Below are positions 48,649 through 57,915 of a stretch of DNA of 64,000 bases, one piece after another. Made by a program: the position numbers and the translations under genes. The DNA comes from Candidatus Omnitrophota bacterium (GTDB lineage Bacteria; Omnitrophota; Gorgyraeia; Zapsychrales; JANLHA01), in assembly GCA_963662715.1 (NCBI GenBank), contig OY759724.1, positions 460,670 to 524,669 of the forward strand, written 5' to 3'. Position 1 is the stretch's first letter; the number at the start of each line of letters is the position of its first letter. The notes beneath the pieces were generated by a model. That model ran no database searches, was not told the DNA's origin, and saw only the letters and a program-made list of their open reading frames with translations.

Positions 48649-49110
48649 CTAAACAGGTTCTTCAATCCTGTTAAAAGCTTTAATAATATCTTCCGCGCTG
48701 CTTGCACCAATGAGTGTGCCACGGAACTCTTCCTTTTTTAATATCCGCGTCAAATAGGCCAAGGCTTTCAAATATGTCCCCATATCTTTCTTCGGCGTCC
48801 CCAGCAGAAAGATCAGTTTAACGGGCTGATGATCAATCGCGTCAAAATCAATACCCCGGCCAGACTTTCCAAAAGCAATGACAAGATTGTTTACGGCTTC
48901 TGTCCTGGCATGAGGCACGGCAATCTGATGTCCGATACCCGTTGTCATGGCGGCTTCCCGCTCAAAAACCTCTTGTAAAAACTGGTCAAAATCCTGGACT
49001 TCAGGAGAACCCTTCAGCAAGTCCGCCAATTCCCTGATCGCCTCTTCTTTGGTCGTTGCCTGTAAATCTGAGCAGATAAAATCTGCTTTTAAGTATTTAG
49101 ATATTTCCAT
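48649..49110 (-). CDS. PTS EIIA (fructose/nitrogen type, PtsN-like) regulatory protein
   Basis: PTS_EIIA_2 fold; phosphorylatable His in GIGHQIAVPHAR; 153 aa. Confidence 0.8.
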   Translation of the reverse strand: MEISKYLKADFICSDLQATTKEEAIRELADLLKGSPEVQDFDQFLQEVFEREAAMTTGIGHQIAVPHARTEAVNNLVIAFGKSGRGIDFDAIDHQPVKLIFLLGTPKKDMGTYLKALAYLTRILKKEEFRGTLIGASSAEDIIKAFNRIEEPV

Positions 49111-50078
49111 AATAGCTTTCGCTCCTTTTTAGAAATCGTTTTGACATTTATCTAAAAAAACACTTCGTTCTATAAAATATACCAGGGATCAGAAAATAAA
49201 AATTCAAATGAGAAGAGGAGGAGCATGGTTGAATAATTTTGATGATTTTGAGAAAGAAAAACATGTCGTTATAAAAACATCCGAAAATACCGGCTGGTTT
49301 GAAGAGGCCGCAGCACATGTCAGAAGAGATAACGGCTCGTATTTAAAGGAATGGACATATTTCGATTTGATTCTTAAGTCTGTTTTTCCAATTTCATAAA
49401 CTTCGCTTTCTTTCTCGATATCAACATCAACAAAGAAAGGATTCCCCTCCCACAGGCTGAGCTGGAGGATCAGGCTCAAGGACAGGAACAGGCGGGCGAT
49501 AATAAATAATTTATGTTTTAACATTCAGACACCCCAAAACGACACCGGGCAACTCATATAACTCTTCCAGATATTTTCTATAATTTATAAATGAGTATCT
49601 TACAACTTAAGCCACAAATAGACAAGATTTAAATTTGCAATCAGAAAAACACCGCACCCCACACAGCAAAGGCCGTTAACCGCCGGTCAGGGGGCTGGCT
49701 GAACAGATGAAATTCTCAGGCAAGGAATTTCACGGGCGGGGGTTTAAAACGCTGCAAATAAATATCTTATGGGATTAAAAAAGACAAAGAAAAACCGTAT
49801 TCCTTATTCCTTACTGATACAAACTCGTCAAAGGATATTGCCCTTCGGATTCTCCTAATAGCATACTCCCAAGACAAGCGGAAAAAGGCCCTTTGGCCAA
49901 GGCCCAGGCTCTCGAGGTGACTGGTTTCATATATCGGCCCTCCGCCGGAATCCCTGCCGCAAAAAAAATGAACAACCCAAATCTTGATTGTTCATTTTTC
50001 CAGAGTTGAAACAGAATATTTACCAAAGAAAACTTCCAAAGACAGAATGTCCTCTTTACGGCCCCGCAATCAATTAAG

Positions 50079-50861
50079 CTATGCTCCGGCCACAAAAAAA
50101 TAAAAAGCGGCAGCCGCCAGGACACGGTAAACCCCGAAAGCCACAAAATTATTCCGCTGGATAAAATGCAATAAAAATTTGACCCCGGCCATAGCCACAA
50201 CGAACGAGGTCACAAACCCTACAGCCAAAAACATCATTTGTTCCGTGTTTAAAGAGACGAAACCAAAACTCTTAAACAAATCCAAAGCCGTTGCCGCAGT
50301 CATCGTAGGGACGGCCAGGAGGAAAGAGAATTCCACAATCGTTTTGCGCCGCAGGCCCAAAACCAATCCTCCGACGATTGTGGCCGCTGACCGTGAGACA
50401 CCGGGGACCATCGCCAAAGCCTGAAAAAAGCCGATCAAAACCGCGTCACGGTAAGGCAGACGGCTCAGATCGTCCTTGGCATCGGGTTTCTCCTGATAAC
50501 GTTTCTCAAAAACGATCAGGAAAATCCCCCCCAGGAACAGCGCGCCCACCACGACCCCCGTGCTCCCCAAAAGAACCGTCTTGATGACCTTATAAAAAGC
50601 CAGCCCCATTATGGCCGTAGGGATAAAGGCCGCACAGATCCTCTTCAGGACCTCAATATTCACTAAGAACGACCGCGCATAAAGAACGACCACCGCTAAA
50701 ATGGCTCCCATTTGAATCGCAATCTCAAAACTCGTCAAAAAATCCGTCTGAGGAAGACCAAGAAGCTTGGCGGCAAGGATCAGATGCCCGGTTGAAGAAA
50801 CCGGCAGGAATTCTGTTAACCCCTCAACAACTCCTAAGATAAACGCGGAAAATATATTCAT
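50079..50861 (-). CDS. uppP: undecaprenyl-diphosphate phosphatase UppP/BacA
   Basis: MNIFSAFILGVVEGLTEFLPVSSTGHLIL and the second PGxSRSxxT motif (PGVSRSAATI). Confidence 0.85.
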   Translation of the reverse strand: MNIFSAFILGVVEGLTEFLPVSSTGHLILAAKLLGLPQTDFLTSFEIAIQMGAILAVVVLYARSFLVNIEVLKRICAAFIPTAIMGLAFYKVIKTVLLGSTGVVVGALFLGGIFLIVFEKRYQEKPDAKDDLSRLPYRDAVLIGFFQALAMVPGVSRSAATIVGGLVLGLRRKTIVEFSFLLAVPTMTAATALDLFKSFGFVSLNTEQMMFLAVGFVTSFVVAMAGVKFLLHFIQRNNFVAFGVYRVLAAAAFYFFVAGA

Positions 50862-50976
50862 AACACCCTTTTTCTAGTTTAAACGGTTTTAATCCGGTCC
50901 GCTGACCAGGAACACTTTATCGGGATGAAAGAATTCACAAAAACACCTGGAGAAGAATCCAGACCAGATATGGTCT

Positions 50977-51705
50977 TTACAATTTCTTAGCCACAACAAT
51001 TCCAAAACACTTATAACGTCCGACCCTCTTTATTGTCGCGGCCCTGAACCCCGCTTTGCGGCAGACCTCCGCCCACTGCCTGAGGCTTACGCAATATTCC
51101 CCTTGGTTTAAGATGTGTTTTTTCCCGTTGTCAAACATCTTGGAGAAGGCCCCCACCCCCGGATCTTTTAAAGCGGCAATCCACTCCTGTTCCAGAACCC
51201 GAAGAATTCGTTTAAACCTTCTGATATCGGTATGCGCACCGGTCGTATCCATATCGACTTCACCGATGATCAACACACCGCCGGGCTTAAGAATTTTCAA
51301 TATGGTCTTTAAAGCCGGCAATTTGTGCTTGAGATGGTGCAGCGTCACAGAGGATATCACCTTATCAAAGACATTACTCTTAAATTTTAATGACCCCGCA
51401 TCCATCAGGCGAAGAGCCACCCTGTCCTGCAACCTTAACTTCTGAATCTTATCCTTCAAAATTCTCAGCATTTCACCGGAATAATCCACTCCGGTAACAG
51501 AACAGTCCGCCTTCTGCAAAAACTTCAGGGTCAAAAGTCCCGTACCGCAGCCGATGTCCAGGACTTTATCCCCGTCTTTCACCCCTGAATTTGCGACCAT
51601 GAGATCCAACAATTCCCGATGGAAGCTGATGCTCCCTAATGTCCGGTCGTATTCATTTGACCAGTTGTTAAACCAATGGCGGGTTGTGATTTTCTCTTTC
51701 TTCAT
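50977..51705 (-). CDS. class I SAM-dependent methyltransferase
   Basis: Motif I VLDIGCGTGLLT; Rossmann-fold MTase of 242 aa. Confidence 0.7.
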   Translation of the reverse strand: MKKEKITTRHWFNNWSNEYDRTLGSISFHRELLDLMVANSGVKDGDKVLDIGCGTGLLTLKFLQKADCSVTGVDYSGEMLRILKDKIQKLRLQDRVALRLMDAGSLKFKSNVFDKVISSVTLHHLKHKLPALKTILKILKPGGVLIIGEVDMDTTGAHTDIRRFKRILRVLEQEWIAALKDPGVGAFSKMFDNGKKHILNQGEYCVSLRQWAEVCRKAGFRAATIKRVGRYKCFGIVVAKKL

Positions 51706-51892
51706 GTTTCGGGCATCCCTTGCTGCTGCATTCTACCCCCACACAGACGGAGAGGCAAAGGAATTTTCAAGAAAGTCCGCAATCCCATAAAGACGGCCTG
51801 ATACGCCTTTCCAAAAAATCCATCTTAATATCGGGGAAGTTCAGGCGTGGGGAAAACGGCCGGGAAGATGAAGATTCCCGGATAATGCCACC

Positions 51893-52816
51893 TTACTCTT
51901 GCCTTTTGCTATTCCATATGACCACCAAAACACTGGCGGTGATCACACACCATGTTGCAAATAAAGCTGACGGCAGGGCGGCTTCTGCGGAAAAATGTTT
52001 GAGGGCCAGAACCGCGCCCAGACCGGCATTCTGCATCCCGACTTCGATAGCAAGCGTTCGGCGGCGTTTTTGACTAAAGCCATAAACACGGCCCAGCCCA
52101 TATCCACCCGCAAGCCCGGCTATATTAAGGGCCGCCACCGCCACAAAAATCAAGGCCGTAATCCCGGCCAATTTTTCTTTATTCAAAGCCACGATCAAAC
52201 CGCAAATAAATGCGATGAACAACGTCGATATCGCAGGAAAAACATTCACAATCCTGTCGATCTTTGCCCGGTACCGGTGCTTCAGCAAGAGTCCAACGCC
52301 GAGCGGCAAGACCACCATCATGAGAATGCTTTTAAACATCGCGAAAAAATCAACATGCATGTAGGTCCGGGCAAAAAGAAATGTAAATGACGGGGTCAGC
52401 AACGGGGCCAAAAAAGTTGAACATGTGGTGATCGAGATCGATAACGCGACATCCGCCCGCGCCAGATAAGAGATCACGTTCGAGGCCATGGCGCCGGGGA
52501 CAGATCCGGCCACGATCAGCCCCAGGGCCAGGGCCGGAGGGAGATGAAGCGCCTTGGCGATTAAAAAGGCCGCCAGGGGCATGATCATAAACTGCGTGAC
52601 CGTCCCCAGCAACGGCAGATAAGGTCTTTTAAGGATCGGGATAAAATCTTCCGGATTTAATACAAATCCTATGCCGAGCATTGTAAACATAAACATATAA
52701 TCCAGATAAGGCTTAAAAATTGTCAATGCCGGAGGATACAGATAACCTATGACGACCGCCAATATCGTCCAGACCACCAGTAATTCCGTAAACTTGACCA
52801 GTATTTTATTGATCAT
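51893..52816 (-). CDS. bile acid:sodium symporter (BASS/SBF) family transporter
   Basis: ~10 TM helices with the SBF-like arrangement; 307 aa. Confidence 0.6.
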   Translation of the reverse strand: MINKILVKFTELLVVWTILAVVIGYLYPPALTIFKPYLDYMFMFTMLGIGFVLNPEDFIPILKRPYLPLLGTVTQFMIMPLAAFLIAKALHLPPALALGLIVAGSVPGAMASNVISYLARADVALSISITTCSTFLAPLLTPSFTFLFARTYMHVDFFAMFKSILMMVVLPLGVGLLLKHRYRAKIDRIVNVFPAISTLFIAFICGLIVALNKEKLAGITALIFVAVAALNIAGLAGGYGLGRVYGFSQKRRRTLAIEVGMQNAGLGAVLALKHFSAEAALPSALFATWCVITASVLVVIWNSKRQE

Positions 52817-52913
52817 AATCTTTTGCTTTCCGATGTCCTGACGGGGGGCCCTGGGGGCAGCGGAAGTTCTTCAATGTAAAAATATGTGATCAAAAGCCGC
52901 CCTGATTTCTTTA

Positions 52914-53600
52914 TTACAGCTGATCTATCCCGATAATATCATATGGAACGCCTCCGACCGGTAAATCCCCCTTCCACCTCTTCATTTTTGAATCATAAAA
53001 AGCCGACTCAAATAATCCTGTCCGGCATATTAAACCAAAAGCATCCTTACCGGCATCGTAGGAATAGTCGGCTGACGATGGATAATTAAGTTCCAGAATA
53101 TCCGAAGGATATCGTCCGTTTTGTTTTTTATACTCTTCAAGCTCATGTATTGTTCTTACACCGTCTCTAAAAGGTTGCCTGACAATATAAGTGACGGCAA
53201 AACTGAAAAAACCGGCAAAAAGCAACGGGACAGCTGTTCCCAGGAGATATTTTGAAAAAGCCGGTCTATGTTTTCTCCATAGGGAGACTAAAAACCAACC
53301 ATAAGCTATAGTCCATAAAGAACCGGCTAAGACCTCCGGAGGAACCGGGCTGAACAATACGCCCAACAGAGGCAAATTAGCAAAACAAAAAATTAAAAGA
53401 AATGGCCAAAGAATGACAAACGGAGCTATGTTAAAAACACCGCGTGACCGCGGCTTCAAGAACAATAAGACAAAAGTTGATAAAAAGTAGGTGTACCAGC
53501 CTAAAAGAATCCAAACCAACACGCTGCGGTTCTTCTTCCTGGCCAAATAAATATTACCCGTCACTCCCACAGCATAAAACATCAAAACCATTATGTTCAT
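52914..53600 (-). CDS. integral membrane protein, unknown function
   Basis: Six predicted TM helices then a soluble C-terminus; overlaps the upstream gene by 4 nt. Confidence 0.4.
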   Translation of the reverse strand: MNIMVLMFYAVGVTGNIYLARKKNRSVLVWILLGWYTYFLSTFVLLFLKPRSRGVFNIAPFVILWPFLLIFCFANLPLLGVLFSPVPPEVLAGSLWTIAYGWFLVSLWRKHRPAFSKYLLGTAVPLLFAGFFSFAVTYIVRQPFRDGVRTIHELEEYKKQNGRYPSDILELNYPSSADYSYDAGKDAFGLICRTGLFESAFYDSKMKRWKGDLPVGGVPYDIIGIDQL

Positions 53601-54271
53601 TCGTTATGACCTTTCGCCGGCTCCCGGTTCTTTCGATGCCCTTCCTTGTACCTCTCCTCGGCTACAAGCATCTCTCTTTCATCATAGACCTTGATCAATC
53701 CATCAAGAAGACCGTTTTTCATATTCCCGGCTTCTTTTAACTTTCCGTTTTCGTAATATGTTTTATACGGACCCTCATGCTTGCCGTCTTTGAAAATCAT
53801 TTCACCTTTTATCATTCCGTTTTCATAATACTCTTTATGCGGCCCTTCCTGCTTATCATCCTTGTAAGCCCCGTCCAATCGCAATTGTCCGTTTTTATAG
53901 TACTCTTTATACGGCCCCTCCAGTTTACCGGACTTAAACGTCCCTTCGGCGAATAACAATCCGTCTTCATAATACAGTTTATAAGCCCCGTTGGCCTCCC
54001 CGCCCTTGAAAAGGCCGTCGACTTTCACCTGCCCGTTTTCATAATATGTTCTGCTGCGCCCCTCTAATTTTCCGTCCTTTAAGGTGCCGTCTCTTTTTAA
54101 CTTCCCGTTCTCATAATATTCCTTAAATACGCCGTCTTGCATTACGGCTGTTTCATCTCCCCGGGCATCGGCATAATGCTCTTTCTTGTCTGTCCCAGAA
54201 TCCGCCGCCTCAGCAAAACTCACATTGAATAAAATCAACCCCAGGATAACCGGCAAAAACAACCATTTCAT
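53597..54271 (-). CDS. secreted MORN-variant repeat protein (YwqK-like repeats)
   Basis: Signal peptide; ≥7 tandem ~23-aa repeats Y(Y/K)E(N/D)G.L+.(E/D)G..K(D/N)GK.EG. Confidence 0.6.
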   Translation of the reverse strand: MKWLFLPVILGLILFNVSFAEAADSGTDKKEHYADARGDETAVMQDGVFKEYYENGKLKRDGTLKDGKLEGRSRTYYENGQVKVDGLFKGGEANGAYKLYYEDGLLFAEGTFKSGKLEGPYKEYYKNGQLRLDGAYKDDKQEGPHKEYYENGMIKGEMIFKDGKHEGPYKTYYENGKLKEAGNMKNGLLDGLIKVYDEREMLVAEERYKEGHRKNREPAKGHNE

Positions 54272-54517
54272 TGATCTGCCTCCATTATTGCTTTAAGTTT
54301 TTTATCCCCCAAACGACAAAGGGCAGCGGGAGATAAAGGAGATACCCATATTTCATAATGGCTTTACCTGATTGAATCATCCTTTTCCATTCTATCCCAA
54401 AGAAAAACTCTCTGCCACTAATTTAGTCACAGAGAGTCATGTCGACTTGGGTGATTGGCTAAAACAGGTTAAAACCTGTCAATGCCCCTCAGGAAATTAG
54501 GCATTCACAACTTTTCT

Positions 54518-55330
54518 TCATGCGGAAGATTCAGGAGCCCGCGCGCTATCCGCAGCAAGATTGGTTAGCAGACTTGTTTTGTCCTTGCGGTTGCGGTACT
54601 TGAACTTGCTGAGCTTTTTGCGTGTTCCTTTGAGGTTGGAATCCCGAAATTTTTTTCGGAAAGTTCTTGTTAGCCATGTCTGTTCACTTCCTTTCTTCCT
54701 GTATTTTCTGAAAAGATCCTCATGATATCCGATAATTTCAACAGCTCTTTTTACCGCAATATTTATGTTCCTAAAATCGTTGGCCAAGTCCATTGAAACT
54801 CCGTAAGCTTTAATAGCAAACTCACTTGAAACGGGCGAATAAGATTTTATTTTTGATTGGCTTTGCACTCTTTGCACCTCTTGGGGGAAATAATTTTTTA
54901 TTTCCTTACACAACATTATCTCCCGGTCCTTTTTTTCAGTAACACGGCTTGCAAACCCGAACAAACGGCAGAGTAAGGGCCGATAAGGATATACACTGCA
55001 ATGCCCGCCATTTGAAAGCTGCTCTCGGGAATAAAAAACACATCTGGCCCTCTCGTCCTCCGGATTTATTCGCTCCAGCCAATGATCAGCCTTTTTGCTT
55101 TGCAGCAAATAGACCGCTAGAGGCTGCACCTCGAGCACAGAAACACCTACGCAGGCATCACGGCAACAATTCCCGCATCCCGGAACGCAGCTTAGGGATG
55201 CCTTGGCCCGGAAGAGATCGATTTTCTTATCGATCTCGCGGAAAATATCCAACAAGGCAGTAACTTCTTTTTTTTTATAATCAGGCAAATAACTCAAATC
55301 CAGTTGTCCTTTTAATCCCAACATTTCCAT
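54518..55330 (-). CDS. YkgJ-family cysteine-cluster protein (UPF0153, CxxCxxCC) with a basic C-terminal tail
   Basis: CVPGCGNCCRDAC…C…C…CRLFG pattern; Lys/Arg-rich C-terminal ~100 aa. Confidence 0.55.
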   Translation of the reverse strand: MEMLGLKGQLDLSYLPDYKKKEVTALLDIFREIDKKIDLFRAKASLSCVPGCGNCCRDACVGVSVLEVQPLAVYLLQSKKADHWLERINPEDERARCVFYSREQLSNGGHCSVYPYRPLLCRLFGFASRVTEKKDREIMLCKEIKNYFPQEVQRVQSQSKIKSYSPVSSEFAIKAYGVSMDLANDFRNINIAVKRAVEIIGYHEDLFRKYRKKGSEQTWLTRTFRKKFRDSNLKGTRKKLSKFKYRNRKDKTSLLTNLAADSARAPESSA

Positions 55331-55676
55331 TCATCCTTTCTTAACATAAACAAAAAAACGCTTCTAAGAAATCCATCGCCGCGCTTAACAAACCGGCAAC
55401 AAATAACCTAAAAGCGTTTAACTTTCTTTCCTTTTAAGGCCGTTAAGAAATTAGTTCTCAAGCCTCTACCGGAAACTTCCCGGTATTTCAGGAATTTCAT
55501 CCTCTTTCTATCAATTGTTTGCGCTCATTATATCATGTTTTTTGTCATGCAACAGAAAACAAAAAATAAAGACTACGGAAGGAATAACGAGAGAATCTCT
55601 ATATTATTAGCTCTTCAATCATATAATCGGCCGACGGGGATATTTTTGAGGTCAGGTCGGAAAAACTGACTTTCAC

Positions 55677-56966
55677 CTATTCACGCATGGATTTAAACTC
55701 ATATGCGCCGGAAGGATCCAGCGCATCAAGCAGCATCTGTACCTGCGGGTCTTCCGGATGCCTTGCCTGAAATTGCTGAAAGGCTTTCCTGGCTTCTTCT
55801 TCATGCCCCATCTGTATATACGCCAGGCCCATCATAGTAAACGCCATATCAAATCCGGCGTCTGCGGCAATTTGAAGATGCTCAATGGCAGATTTGAATT
55901 CTCCTCTGCCCGAAAGATGTTGTCCATAAAACAGATGTCCCTCGGCATGATCCGGGACTAATTGGAACAACTCTGCAAAAAACTTGTCTGCCTTCTCTCT
56001 GCTGCCGGGGATATCAAGATTATAAGCGAATGTATTCGCCTTCCCCAACCTCAACAAAATTGGCTGACGTTCGGCCGTGCCGGCAAGCATATGCTCCAAC
56101 CGGGCGATAACATCAAGCAATTCTTTCTCCAAATTTTCTCTTTGAATTTTCGAATCAAAATCAGGGGGATAATTCCGCGCATGCCGGAAGGCGGCCTGAA
56201 GGCACCGGTCGATTGGCTGAAAATCTTCGGGGGAAGAGTCATCCGCCACGCCAAAACCACTCAATATCCCTTCAAATTCAGGCGCATATTTATTGAAGTC
56301 CTCTTCAGCCGCAGAAAAGGTTATAGAATACGCTTTTCCATTCTTATAGAAGAAATAATTCTTGTGTTTCCAGGGGATTTCATCTGCCGAGTGCTGAAGA
56401 AATGTCAGGACATAACATGGCTCCCCCAGAAAATTTATTTTCTCATCCGCCAAAACTTGCATCGTTTGTTGCTCGCGCAGACTTTCCCGGGTGTCCTCGA
56501 AATCTTGAACAGAACAGGGCATGGGAGACAACAGGCTTATAACAGCTTTTCGATGAAGAATAAAACTGTAAGTGTTAACAGCTCCCTCCGCATAAAAATC
56601 CTGACCTTTCTCTTTCTCCAGACCGGCAAAAACGGGGAACAATATCCCCTCTTTTAACAAATCCTCGTCATAGTCGTTATCTGTCTCCGACAGCTTCTGT
56701 GAACTTTCCTGTTCGCCTTTCTCAACCTCAGCTTGAAAAACAGGGATGAGGGAAACTGCCTCACGGGAAGAGTTGTCCATCATATTAAAAGGAATCCTGA
56801 CAAGATCATCCGCCGTCTGTATACGGACATATTCATCCGTCCTGTCAATAATATTGCCCTCATATTTTTTCCCATTCTTTAAACCAATTGTCTCAGATGA
56901 GCAGATATTAGCATAACCTAACAACATCACAGACAAATACACAAGACTTGCCGTTTGCCGTACCAT
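55677..56966 (-). CDS. secreted TPR-repeat protein
   Basis: Signal peptide; C-terminal TPR-like repeats (…AYIQMGHEEEARKAFQQFQARHPEDP…). Confidence 0.5.
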   Translation of the reverse strand: MVRQTASLVYLSVMLLGYANICSSETIGLKNGKKYEGNIIDRTDEYVRIQTADDLVRIPFNMMDNSSREAVSLIPVFQAEVEKGEQESSQKLSETDNDYDEDLLKEGILFPVFAGLEKEKGQDFYAEGAVNTYSFILHRKAVISLLSPMPCSVQDFEDTRESLREQQTMQVLADEKINFLGEPCYVLTFLQHSADEIPWKHKNYFFYKNGKAYSITFSAAEEDFNKYAPEFEGILSGFGVADDSSPEDFQPIDRCLQAAFRHARNYPPDFDSKIQRENLEKELLDVIARLEHMLAGTAERQPILLRLGKANTFAYNLDIPGSREKADKFFAELFQLVPDHAEGHLFYGQHLSGRGEFKSAIEHLQIAADAGFDMAFTMMGLAYIQMGHEEEARKAFQQFQARHPEDPQVQMLLDALDPSGAYEFKSMRE

Positions 56967-57252
56967 TTTATGTCTCCTTTTTCTGTCGCCCTCCGCCGGT
57001 CCCGACGGCTTCTCCGGCGACTTGCCGCCCGATAAAGCAGGCCTTCCAAAAACCCAAAAGCATTATATTCCCCGAGGACAATCTTTCCCATAAAATTCAA
57101 AAAAGTTCTTATCCCTATCCTGAGGGGAAAAACACGCCGCAGGCCATTGTGTCCCCGCGCCCGTCGCTCTGCGAGTTTTTTGTCCAACATGCCGACAAGC
57201 AAAAAACTCCTCTAAAAGAGGAGTTTTTTCATTTAGCAGAAATACGGGACTT

Positions 57253-57915
57253 TTAACGCCCTTCATTCAAAGTCACCGGGATATCAACTCTTAATCCCTG
57301 ATAATGGGCCGTGATTGTTGTTGTCCCGGGGCTCTGAGGATACATCATCGGAGGATCTATAAAAAGCACGTCCGGATTCTCGGATGAGAACTGAAGCTCC
57401 GGGGATTTACTTAAATCCTTTTCCTGCCCGCTTTGGGTAACTCCAATGATTCTCGGGACAAGAGCAGGCGACATGTCGTTTAAGATCAAGGCCCCTTCAG
57501 GATATTCCAGCCGTTGATAAACTTCGTCATTCGCCAGATGAAATTTGATGTAGGAAATACCGGAGCTTCCCTCCGCCCCTCTTAACTTAACATGAAGACT
57601 CAGGACCACTTTGTTTGTGTCCGGGACGACGACATCGACAATACCTGCCCCCTGGACAGGATATTTTTCCAAACCGCCGAGCTCTTTGGTATCCCATTTC
57701 AAATAACCTTCGGTAATCGTTTCCCCGGGCCATGCGAGTTCAATCTGAATGGTTTGTCCAGGATGGACAATGTCATTCTCCCCCACGTTCAAAGCCTTAA
57801 CTTCAATAGGGGCGGCCAGCCCCTGCCGAGGCATAAGAAACGCAAAGAAACAAAGGGCCAACAAGATGAAAAAAGGTGGCGTTCTAGCCTGATTTAAGGT
57901 GTATTGACAGGTCAT
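57253..57915 (-). CDS. secreted protein with a C-terminal bacterial Ig-like (Big_2-like) domain
   Basis: Signal peptide LLALCFFAFLMPRQGLAA; C-terminal …TTITAHYQGLRVDIPVTL; 4-nt ATGA overlap with the upstream HprK-like gene. Confidence 0.45.
   Translation of the reverse strand: MTCQYTLNQARTPPFFILLALCFFAFLMPRQGLAAPIEVKALNVGENDIVHPGQTIQIELAWPGETITEGYLKWDTKELGGLEKYPVQGAGIVDVVVPDTNKVVLSLHVKLRGAEGSSGISYIKFHLANDEVYQRLEYPEGALILNDMSPALVPRIIGVTQSGQEKDLSKSPELQFSSENPDVLFIDPPMMYPQSPGTTTITAHYQGLRVDIPVTLNEGR

Noticed and set aside
49204-49524. Overlapping small ORFs 49204..49524 (-) and 49208..49399 (+) in the intergenic region downstream of the EIIA gene.
   Set aside because: Neither has recognisable domains. 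They are mutually exclusive and short. The minus one has a signal-peptide-like N-terminus but low confidence, so I left it unannotated.
49811-50200. ORF 49811..50200 (-) overlapping the 3' end of uppP, and a GGCC…GGCC hairpin with a U-run near 49880-49905 on the minus strand.
   Set aside because: The ORF is Trp/Leu-rich with no homology and overlaps a well-supported gene. The hairpin stem is only ~4-8 bp, so it is a weak terminator candidate and not called.
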